A stretch of DNA of 64,000 bases from Takakia lepidozioides (lineage: Eukaryota > Plantae > Bryophyta), in contig CM060731.1 of assembly GCA_030704615.1 (NCBI GenBank), positions 62,992,001 through 63,056,000 on the forward strand, given 5' to 3'. The notes under the pieces are model-generated. The model was given only the letters and a program-made list of their open reading frames with translations, searched no databases and was not told the origin of the DNA. Positions 38,386-49,265 of the stretch are shown here, piece by piece. Within the stretch, counting starts at the first letter, position 1. Each line of letters starts with the position of its first letter. The position numbers were made by a program, and so were the translations under genes.

Positions 38386-41300
38386 CTCACTGCCCGGGGT
38401 GCTATCACCATACAGACCACCGGATATCCAAGCTATCAATTGAATTGTGTCTGCACCTGTGTTTACAAACATTGAGAGTCTTTAGGCCTTTTGGGGCTCC
38501 GATGCTGGGCTCCGCCATACAGCCATTTGCTGATTGTGTGAATAGATGTCCACTCCCTATGTGCAAAACCCAGATGGATGTTCTGTTTCCTGGTAAGTGT
38601 GTATGATGGTACTGATGTGAACCCGCCCACATTATGTTTCTTCACCAATGAATGGCCTTACATGTTATGAGGACATTCTGTCCCTCTCCTTTTCAGTTTT
38701 TGGCACTTGCGCTGCAGGGGAGTGGGTTTGAGGTCAGCCAATCCATAGTTGTGGTTGTGGGATCGTTTGTGCTCTGGTGACGTTGTGTTCAGTAGGACTA
38801 CAGCTGATGCACCTTGTGTGTGGGATGTTTTTGGCAGCGGAAGGGGAGTGAAGCTGCAGCAAAGCACTCACAGCCACCACACAATGCCAACCAACACCAA
38901 CCTTGGCACCCACCCCCTGCCGCATGGTCTCCACAACAGAGTGCACCATGGGGAGCCCCCCCTGCTTCGGGGTCGTGGCGCTGGCTTCCTGATGCTGGCA
39001 CGTCACAATGGGGGCCTCCCACATCTCCATACGGCCCTCCCCCCTCCGGCACACATCAGTCACCCCCCACAACGTATGACGGCGCTGCTCCAGAGCATGG
39101 GGGCAGGAAACGGACATCAGAGCTGAGGAAGGAACGACGCCATGCCATGAAACAATGGGAAGGAGATGGAGAGGGAAGGGTGGCTGCAGGGCTAAAGCGC
39201 CACAAGGTGGAGGTGCATGGAAATGGAGTCATCAATGTTGGCTGCGAAGGTAAGGAACACTGGCAGCGTGATTTGCGTGGCCTGGCATTGCGTTACCTTG
39301 ACTCAAGCGTACAAGACATTGACCAGCAGTCCCAGAGTGCCATGTCAACAGTAATAGAGGGCATAAATGGAATGTACGAGTACAGACCTATCCCTGCCAA
39401 TCGTGATTTTATAGTGAAGCAATGTGGGAAGATAATGAAAGGAGAAAGAGCAAAACTGAAAGATAAATGGGCAAAGACTGGTGTGAGGCCAATGAACACT
39501 GAACCCGCCTATTGGGATAAGCTTGTTGCCTACTGGGAGTCCCCTCGTGGACTTGCAAAGGCTGAAGGGATGAAGCAAGCGCGTGCTTGTGTCACGAACC
39601 CCTCGCGTTGGGGCCGGGCAGGAGTTGCAGGCCAAGCAGCCCGTTTGGTAATCTCCTCACCCCCTTCTCATTGCTCCTACGTTGTGGCATGTTCTGATGG
39701 AAGAGACACCCACGAGTGGGTTTTATTGCTTGTGCAGAATTAGTTGTTATGTGATATGCAGGGCAGTGCTTTGTCCATATGCTCCTGGCATTTTGTACTG
39801 ACAGTGTGTGGATGGGCAAATACAAAAAGACGCAAAGCGCGGAGCCCGTCACTGTCCGAGCTCGGGGCGGAGCAAAAGAACTATGCGACTGGCACCCCAT
39901 CAGAGTCTGTTTTGAGCCAGGTATGTTTTGAAGTCCGGTTTCCATTCATGAATCTGTTGTTGTACTAAGATTTGGTGGGTATGTGGGGCCCCCACGCATG
40001 GTACACGAGGGGTGTTATGCCAAACCCAGCCATCTCCGAATGCCTGAAATCCTGCACATTCGGCCTCTTCTTCTGGTTTTTAACAGTACGGGTGGGTGTT
40101 TGTATGCGTAGGGAGCGGGGAACTCAATGGCAGCCCGCATCGGGGCCCTGGAGAGGCTTGCGGCTCTCTCTGCGGAGCGGGAGAGGGGAATGGAAGCACA
40201 ACTGAAGAAGATAGTGGAACTCATGATGAGGCAAAAAGGGGGTGTGACGGGTGGCATTATGGAAGACCCCCCTGCTGCGACCATTGTACCTGAGAAGGAG
40301 GAAGTAATTGTAGTGGGTAGGGATGTGACAGAGGTCCAGCCTGTTGTTGATGATATTCACAGTGGGGGGCAGGGTCCACTCGTTGAAGAGGGAGAGGTCC
40401 AGCGAGTTGGTGGGGATGACATGGACGATGGGGGGGTCATTGCTCATTCTATCAGGGGAAAAGGGGAAGCTGTAGGGGGAGAGGGTGGTAGTTTGCCTGG
40501 TCCAGGCTGCAGGGGGACCGAAACTTTGCCCTCCGGGGTGACTGTTGTCTCCCAACCCACTGAGGTGAGACCCCGTGACACCCCTTCAAAAGCTCCTTTC
40601 ATAGAAAAGTCGAAACTAATTGTTCTAGACCTGAACGGGATCCTGTGCCACTCTATTCCTAACTTTCAGCCCAACCCGAGGCGTCATTGGCCATGGGTGT
40701 TGACCACCAACAAGTATGTTTTCCCAAGGCCCCAGGTCTGCGAGTTTTTAAACCTTCTCTTCCGGCATTTCTACGTTGGGATATGGTCCTGTGCTTCCAA
40801 GGGGAATGTTGCAGACATCTTCAAAGTGGTGATGCAGGGGGTCAAGGGTTCTCCCCTCTTTGTGTGGTCACAAGAGGAGTGTGACCCCTTGACAGAGCCA
40901 CACCCCACAAAAGGCCTGCCGTACAGAACTTACAGAAGAGACTGTCGAGGGTGTGGTCGGAATTTTCTGGATTTAACGAATCCAACACCCTCCTAGTGGA
41001 TGATTCACCACACAAGGGGAGGGGGAACTCCCCTTTGAACATGGTCCATCCATTGTCGTTTGATGTCACTAGCAATGTCAGTGAGGGGCCCGATTCAGAG
41101 TACCTTTTAGAAACAGTCTGGCCCTACTGCCAAGATTTGTTTTGCTCCAAGGATGTGCGTGTCTTCACAAGCACGCGGAAGCTGACCCCGACTGGCAGCT
41201 TGAATGTGGGAGAGGATGGGGTCGTTGGGGGAAGTACTTCTGCGCCCATGCAGGTGAAACTAACCTTACTGTTTGCAACATGACATCGAACCCAAAAGAT

Positions 41301-43439
41301 ATGTTTGTTTTGTTCCCCCCGGATGCCCTCTCACGCAAGGCTGGCACTATATGTTTTGCAGGGACCACATGTACAGGGAGTGGCAGTGGGGTCGTCTGTG
41401 AAGAAGGTGGGTCCTGCGCCAAGGACCATAGTGCTACGGCGGCAGCATTCCGGATTTCCCCCCCGGCATGAGGAGGCAGGCTCCAAGGTATGGTTGTTCC
41501 CAGCCCCTCTCCGCAAACTTACTTGGTTGGTTTCCTTTATGGATACACTTCCTGAAGCGTTGCAATGTGTATTCATTGCAGGTGAGCAAGAGGAGTGGGC
41601 TGTCCCCGGCACCATCATCGCAGCAGGACGTGGTTCCCCAGGCATGCATTCATGGCTCCTTGCTTTGCCTGGCTGGTTTTTAGTAGGGTTATTTTTGCCA
41701 GGAGGTTGTAGTGTGCACGGTCTGAGCAGGGTGTAAGTTAGCTTGCTCCGTGGAGGTGTGTTTATACCATTGCAACCACCAGAGTTCATGTTATTTTTAT
41801 CCGTCTGACTAAACCTCTTTTTGCTGCAGTAGTTGAAGACACGTGGGCAGCTTTCCTCAGTTGCCACCCTCAGCGACGAGCTTCGCTCAAGGTAGGTTGG
41901 TACACCATGAATTTGCTGCTGATTCAGTATTGTGGCAACCAAGATCGTTTCCATGCCCAGCTGCGCTTGACTTTCACCCTGTCATTGCTATGTTTGTTGC
42001 TGAGTGGACCCTGATGTTGGTGTCTGCAGATATCAGATCCTGTGTTTCTCCTGAACCCCCATGACAAGCGGTCAAAGACAGCCGCCGCCAAGGCGGAAGT
42101 GGTGGGAATAGCCGGGGTTGACAAGTTCCACTGCAAGGACATTCCATCCGGGTGGTACAAGGTGAAAGTCCACAGATCATGCTTCCAAGTGTTACACTGC
42201 CTTGCCCAAATGTGGACGATGCCCCCCCCCAGACCACACTAGCGCACGTGAAAGGCACGGTGACTCTGTGGCCAGAGAAGAGTATGAGGAGGGGTGAAGG
42301 TATCAAGTGACATTTCATGTTTGTAGTCCCTGTTGGGTGTGTAATGATACTCATAGAAGTGTGTATGATACTCACGTTACCAGTTTTGTACATTTGGGCC
42401 ATGACAGTTTAAGTGATGTCCGGCAACATGTATGTTGGCATTTAGTCTTGCTCATATGCAGGTGTGCCGTGACGGTCTCCAATTTGAATGCAATATTCCA
42501 TTTCCTGACTTGTCGTCGTGTCCGTCCACCTTCTATGTGTATGTGTGATGGTCTTTGGTCTCCCTGTTGCCTCGTCTATTTGGTTCATTAGCGTGATGTT
42601 GTGCATGCATCGTGGTCTGTGTTCTGAGTGTCGCCCAGTATCATTGCTTCTCAATTCCCCCTGCATATGGGTGAACCACTAAAACCAGTAGAATGCATTA
42701 GAACCATATTTTCAGCTTAGAATGCAAGTCAGTTGGACAACTCACACAAACCACTACAAAGTGCTCATTTGCAGTGCTTTCCTACTGTAGTGCAACCAAC
42801 TAGCATAGTGGCAGCGGAGTTGGCCAAAGCAGTCCCGAGATGGCACAAGCACTCTGCGTCTTTCCACTAGCAGTCGTACCCCTCACTGCCATTGCGTGGG
42901 GACGACGCCACGCGTCGACCCACACACTCTCCACGTGGTCCCCGTGGATTCGTCTGCCGGCAGTTGTGCAGTCGACTTCGCCAGTGGCTGTTGCCACGTG
43001 ACATGCAGCACTCCAAGTTATGTGGCCGACTGCGATGTGGCGTCTTGAGCCCGTGGCCACGCGGCGGCATTACCGCTCGTCGCAGTGCCGCCACATCGGC
43101 ATCCACGTCCGCATCCACGTCCGCGTCCATGTGTCACCGCGCCCCAGGTGAGTCAGTCCACTCATCCGGAGGGAAAAGTCAAAGTCAGCTCAAAACATCA
43201 GACACACGGGCGGCCCGCCTGGTTACGCCACGTGGTTCTTCAGCATTAATCGCATTAATCGCTGAGCAGTTGTTCGCACGTCTACGTCCTTTACCACTCC
43301 AATCATTGGATGTCCAACCCAACTACCACGTCTGTTGTAACTGGTCTGTTGTAACTTCCAGTCGATCCCTGTTTTTTGACTTTTACGACTCAAAATGAGT
43401 CGTTACCCCAGTGGTAAATGACACGAAAGCTTCTAGTGA

Positions 43440-45650
43440 AGTATCTCACGTCCGCCGTTGTGATCCAGTGTGACTCCAGAGCGATCCCTTGTGGGGCAGT
43501 GGCAAGAAGAGCTGGTTGTGGCGTCCTTCGACAAATGAGAGGAGTGATGCATGTTGCCTTTGGAGCAGACCCAAGTAACAATTACGAGTAGCCCCTCAGG
43601 GCCAAACTTGGAAATGACTGGAGCCTTGCACAGTTCCTAGCAATAACAGGGTTGATTGCAATTGTAGTTTTTCCTTCCTTTGGTGTAGTCCCTGATGATA
43701 TCTGCCTTGTGTGGAAGTGTGCTGGGGGTTTGCTAGAGCTAGCCTTTGGGATAGAGTTGTGGGCTTGATCGGATCTGGGGCAGGGTGGCGGGGCAACTCC
43801 AGCCATTTGTGGATTTGGTGCCAATTCAGTAGCCGCCGCTTCTGCCCTCATGGGGTCCACATGGTCTTTAAGCCTCTTTCCGGGGGGAGAGGAAGCAGAT
43901 TGAGGTAGAAAGGAGTCCCAATTTCCTTGGTTGGGAAAGAGAGAGTCATTGAGTCTTTCTGCTACTTTGTGGACTGCAGCTGCTGGGGCTGGCCGCATCA
44001 AGGCCTTTTCGATTCGCATTAGACTGGAATTGTCTTGATTTGAGATTGTGAGCCAGAGCATGTGCCTGAGAGCTGGGGGAGCCTTGCATGGAGGTTCTCT
44101 TGTGCTTAGCTTTTGGGCAGTTGACCCTCAGATGGCCTGTCTAGCCGCAGGTGTAGCAAGCGGAAGATGAAGTGTCTTCAGTGATTTTTACTGAGAAATA
44201 ATTACCTTCCCTGTCAATTGGCAGACGAATAAATTCCAGCAGTATTGCATCAGCTGGCATTGAGACCACAATCTTTGCAAAACCCGTATCATGACTTTTC
44301 GATGCAATTGTTAATCCCCTCCACGCTGGATGTTTTTTTAGAGCCTTTGTGCACATCTCCGGATCAAAGACTGAGAGGCAACCTAAGAAAACTCCAAAGT
44401 GATTGCCTATATCAGGTAGGTAGAAGAGGTACTGATCCGGGATATATGGAGAGCTAAAATCCTGGGGGCCCATACTTTCCCGTTACGGTTGCCTAGTGCC
44501 GCTGACCAGGGGAAAATATTAACGTTGAATCCCAGGAGGTGTGGGTTTAATAAGAGGGCTCTATCCGCTGCTTCTTTTGTACCCAGCAGGATGGAATAGA
44601 AGCCTTTGCCCTTGGAGTGGCATAACTGCTACTTTATGTCCCCTGATCCCCCCAAGTGTTTGATTGCCCATTCCCTTGCTATATCCCTGTCCACTTTTTT
44701 TCCCGGGAAGTGCAGTAGCACTCCCAATTCCAGTATTTCGGTGACCATGTCATCGACGAAATCAAGGTCCACATCAACCAGTGGATCATTCTCGGACATT
44801 GCAAGCTGCAGAGCCGAGGGTGTTTCCGATCGTTCCGGCATGGTGTCTGCTGCCCCTTCCATGATTCCATTGAAGCTGTTTTCCACACTGTGAGAGTTGC
44901 CAGAGGCGCCATTGCACTGATGCAGAGGGCGAGTAATTTGGACTAGGAAGTGCGACGAGGAGGGATCGTGGAGGTGGAGCTGGGGAGGTCGTTCCACTGT
45001 TGATTCCACGCAAGACACCTGGAACGGTGCTCCTCTCTGAAATCTAGCGCCACGAGCCTGGTAGTTTGCGCCTGGTGCGCCATGAAGAAGCCCGTTCCCA
45101 AAGAGGGCTGTGATTTGCGAGAGACTGGAAGTCGAGTGTAGTTGTGTTGTCGGCCTTTAGCCACTCCCATACGGCTACTGCTTGGGTAAGGGTCCATAGA
45201 GAAGGATGGTGACAATACCAAGTTGACAGGGATCAGTACAAGAGGCAAATCTTTCAACAGGAAGAAGGCTTTGGGGACAGAAGAGAGATGATGTTGATTG
45301 AAGCTAGCGGGGAGAGATGCAAGTCCGTGGTGTACTGAACGATAGGGAGCGAGAGGGAGAGGTGAGGTAGAGGAGACGATGAAAGAGAGGGAACAGTGCT
45401 GAGGAGGGGTATCAAGAGCGCTTGAATGGGGGAGAGCTGCTGTAGCTTGCAGAGGTTGTCGGCTGCCTATTAGTGAGAGATGAATGAGGGAAGGCTTGGG
45501 CCTGTGGGGGAGAGGGAATCCTGAGTGTACAGCTGCTTGGCGGCTGGAGTTATGAAGGTGATAATAAGCAAGCTTTGATGAAAGCTTCGGAGGTGGTCGG
45601 GGTGGGATGAAGGGAGGAAGTTCATCAGGCTGTCATTCCAACTTCGTTTC
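43440..45650 (-). mobile_element. L1 LINE 5' part (5' UTR and degraded ORF1 with DUF4283-like region and CCHC knuckle)
   Basis: GVLLHFPGKKVDRDIAREWA..GKGFYSILL..IFPW, then CYTCG*TGHLRVNCP; same strand as the ORF2 part at 24.8-27.2 kb. Confidence 0.75.
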
Positions 45651-46452
45651 ATCATAGTACCTCAAGGTCCTTATAGGATATGGCACGAATGTAGGTAGTA
45701 CTTGGGTTCCGAACCGGGTTGAGACAAAGAGCAATCGTTTTGTAGAGTTTTGATATTTCTCTTATCCGAGAAAGGTAGGCGTCTGGGGCAATGTATTGAG
45801 AGCTTGAGGGATCAAAGATGCAGATTTCTCTTCGAAGAGACGATGGTGGGAAAGGATCCGTTGGGCTTCTCTCACCTTCACTCTCTCTCTCACCGCCAAA
45901 CGGGGAGCTACATCGCGCCTTCTTTTCCTTCACATTTTTTCTTTGTTTTGTAGTTGAGATGTCCCAAACTGCAGGGCCCACCCTGAGTGCTTGGTACCCT
46001 TGGAAAGCCCTTGATGAGGAGGGGTGCACCGACGTCTCATGACTTTTTGACCTGTGGTGTGGAATGTTGAATTTCAAGTACTCTGGAATTTCGGGAAAAA
46101 TAGCAAAGTGGGCTCTGCTAGGACAATGGTTGGAGACTCGACCGGAGATATATCATTGATGATTTGATGTATTACTACTAAAAAAAAAGTAGCAAATTGG
46201 GCTTTCTTGGGACGATGATTGGATTACTCGATAAATTCATGGAAAACAATAAATTGAAGCTACACTACTTTTGGTTGCTGGAAATTCTATAAATCTATAT
46301 TCTACTTGGATACATAAGGGATTGGATGACACTGGACACTTGGGCCAACGACACTGGCTACCCTAGTAACAGTGGCATCCTTCCTGGCGTCTGTGGTGTA
46401 GGAGGCGGGGACCTCTGCTTGGTCAGGATTTGTTCGAGGGTTTTTCAAGAAG

Positions 46453-47079
46453 ATGTCGCTGCAAATAAAGGCACTAGTGGAGAATTTTGCGAGGGATTTG
46501 AAGGCAACATTGGACTCTGACATCCAGGATCGCCTTATGAAGGAAAGAGAGATGAACAATTACTTGGAGGAGAGGGAACGGGAGGTGGCTGAGAGAGAGT
46601 CTGCCTGGAAGGCAGAGCTTGGGTGGAGAGAGGTATTCCCTCACAGACAAATTCAACCTGAAAATGAGTCCATGGAAAAGATTGAATATGAAAAACAGAG
46701 CTTGCTTGAATTTTTTCTTCCAGCGTCAACCTGGTTTCCTGGCGATCTTGGGCTTTCCATTGATGGGTGTCTCTCTTCCGTTTTCTGCCCACAATGTCAA
46801 TCTGTTGATAAGGTTGGAAAGATTGAAGCATGCTTACTGTGATCAAGTAGAATTTGAATATCTGACAGACTCTGTGAGGTACTTGTAGCATAACGAGTTT
46901 TTTGCATACAAGTTGAGATTGCGAAGCAAGAGACAAGGTTAAATTTAGAGAGAGAGAGCTTGGAGAAAGAGAAGAGTGTGCTCATGGGGACTGCGTCGAC
47001 TTTGGACAACCAGGATGGGGCCTTGGAGATCACTGTCAGTGGCGAGAAGTATTGGTGCCTTCGGTTTTCAAAGAAATAA
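46453..47079 (+). pseudogene. Conserved small plant coiled-coil protein, two exons (46453-46632, 46912-47079), splice acceptor mutated
   Basis: DIQDRLMKEREM..EREREVAERE..WKAEL and EKEKSVLMGTAS..NQDGALEITVSGEKY.CLRFSK recall a conserved uncharacterised land-plant protein; the in-frame acceptor reads CAA rather than CAG. Confidence 0.7.
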
Positions 47080-48654
47080 GCGGATGGAGTTGTCGTACAT
47101 TGACTAACCTAATATCTATTTGCTGGATTGCTGTGACGATACAGGCTTCCCACATCTCCATGTTCATCTTCACGTGTGCGGGTAGCCAAGTACACCCACA
47201 GCTACTTGACCCTAGGTATGCCACTCTTGCTGTCAAAACTAAAATGGTAGTTGCATGAACTTCTATATCTCACATACCTTCGAGTCTCAATTTCACATTG
47301 CACTCCTCAAAATTGCAGTTGCTAGGTTCTAGAGTACGTATACTAGTTAAGCAATTTCAACAGAGAGGAAGCCACATCTGACAAGAGGGTTCCCATGTGA
47401 AGCTGACTGCCTGAAGAGGTAGGAAGCCCTGAGAAGTTCTGAATGTAGTGAGGTTAACAATCTACCAACAGAAGTGGCCGCCTAAGCACCTACTTTGAAG
47501 GAGAGAAGCAAATACAGCTCCTCCAGATGGAGGGCCATCTTGGCTCGACTGAAGATAAGGAATTCCCTTTGTTTTCACAACACCTTTACTGGCTGAGCTG
47601 CCTTTGAACCACCTGGCCTAGCCTAGGTTGACCTTGTTGGCTTGCATTGTCTAAGAGGGATTAAATTTTCCCCTCGCTATATGGGCATGTGAATTGTCAA
47701 TGATAAGGCTTTCTTACATATGTACATAAGGTGGAAAATGTTTGTTTGTTTGTTGTCACGAATACTTACTGAAACTCTTAAATTGTTGACATTGTCCCTT
47801 AGCACTAGTAATACTGCTTGCCCCACTTGTAGTTAGGCTCGACTTAGTTAAGAGCATTTTAAGAGAACTAGCTAAGAGTTAACTGTGATTTGGTGCCCCA
47901 CCTATGGTTACATGCTTCAGTTTCATTTAAGTTACATGGGTATCAGTTATATTAATCGCTAGGGTCATCTTCCTCTGCTACACCCCAAACTGTTGGCCCG
48001 CGGGCGGACATCTGCGGCCTATTCACCCCTTAGGTTTAAAGGATAAACTTTATCTGTTAGTATACATCTCAAAATACAAGGCTTCAGTTAGGACTAACTA
48101 GTAACCTAAACTGAACTGAGAGCCGTCAACAAGTGAGGTCCTTTGTTGAGCACTAATGGTTGACACTAACTTTCCGAAAAGCAAAGAAAAATAAAAGGGA
48201 CAAAAGCCCAAGTACTCAAATGAAAATGGGAGGGAGGAGGAAATTAACCTCGAAAAGGCCAAAGAAACAACAAAGGAAGTGAAGTGAACCAAGACACTAA
48301 CTGCAAGGGGGGCAGCACTAAGCAAATTTTGCAATTGACCAAGTACTAATAATTTGTGGGAAAAGCAGGAATCTCTACTGCTTTGGCTGCAATGCAAAAC
48401 ACACTACTACATATCATATAAAGGATATACACGCATACGAAATGATAGAATGTATTTGCAGCTGGCAAGTCTTCCTCCGAAGCTCAAGAACTTCAAGTGG
48501 AAGCTCTTTGGTCTTCATAGCTTGTTGAACTAGGGAATGCAAGATCTTCCATAATAAATGTGGATTCTAGCTGAATCACATGCATAACTTATAGTGTCAC
48601 TGGCTATTGCCTTCCAAAGAGGAAGGTGGACACCATTATAACATCCAATGCACT

Positions 48655-48720
48655 TGTGTGGATTCGAACCCACAACCACTAATGAAATGGTCTTATGCCC
48701 CAACCACACGGCTATCTATT
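48655..48720 (-). mobile_element. tRNA-derived SINE head / pseudo-tRNA
   Basis: Minus strand tagccgtgtggttggggc (A box) ... ggttcgaatcc (B box). Confidence 0.55.
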
Positions 48721-49265
48721 GGATGTCGATCTGCCATAAACATTCTTCCTTGGCTCCCTTGAAAATCTGGAGCACTGGAAGCTTGTAACATTACAAAATG
48801 GACGACAGGCCTTTTGAATACCTCATGATGAACCACTCTCTAACCTAAACTTGAATATTGAAAACACATGAGATGTGAAAACTGTAGACCTAGTATTGCT
48901 GAAACTTTTACCCTCCAAACTCAAAAAGTACACTGCGAAGAAATCCAACCGGAAATACAAGACATTCATCGCAAAACATCGAAATTGTGCGAACACTACC
49001 ATTGAATTATGTGAATCATACAGCTAATATCCGATTCATCAGTGTCTACAAATGAGACAGTAGTGAAATGCTTTCTTAAGATGAAACATCTTTAAACTTT
49101 ATACATTATCTTTGTGTATTTAGACAATGACTGCCACTTGATCAGATTTCAAGCATTCATGGATGAATCAGATCATCAGAATCCAATGGGGTTAAGAGTT
49201 CGTAGGACTGTGTTTGTTTTCAGTTCTACAACAACTATACATGACCCACCCTAGGAAGTGAGCAG

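Larger units (their letters stand above)
35711..42310 (+). pseudogene. CACTA TnpA-like multi-exon gene: Transposase_24-like domain, coiled coil, FCP1/NIF phosphatase-like domain and Tnp1-like C-terminal domain; frameshifted
   Basis: Candidate exon 1 35711-36003 (gag|gtgagt); 38814-39647 YWDKLVAYWESP..QARACVTNPSRWGRAG; 40112-41252 with DLNGIL..PRPQV.EFL..GIWS..LLVDDSP; 42030-42310 FHCKDIPSGWYKVKV..PCPN..TTLAHVKGTVTLWP. Confidence 0.72.
27363..43439. mobile_element. CACTA (En/Spm) DNA transposon, ~16 kb, with divergent TnpD and TnpA-like genes; right TIR present, left end not found
   Basis: Transposase_21/DUF4218/DUF4216-type exons; Transposase_24-like ORF; right end cttctagtg (reverse complement CACTAGAAG) at 43431-43439 with GC-rich subterminal repeats; L1 ORF1 resumes right after. 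Confidence 0.8.
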
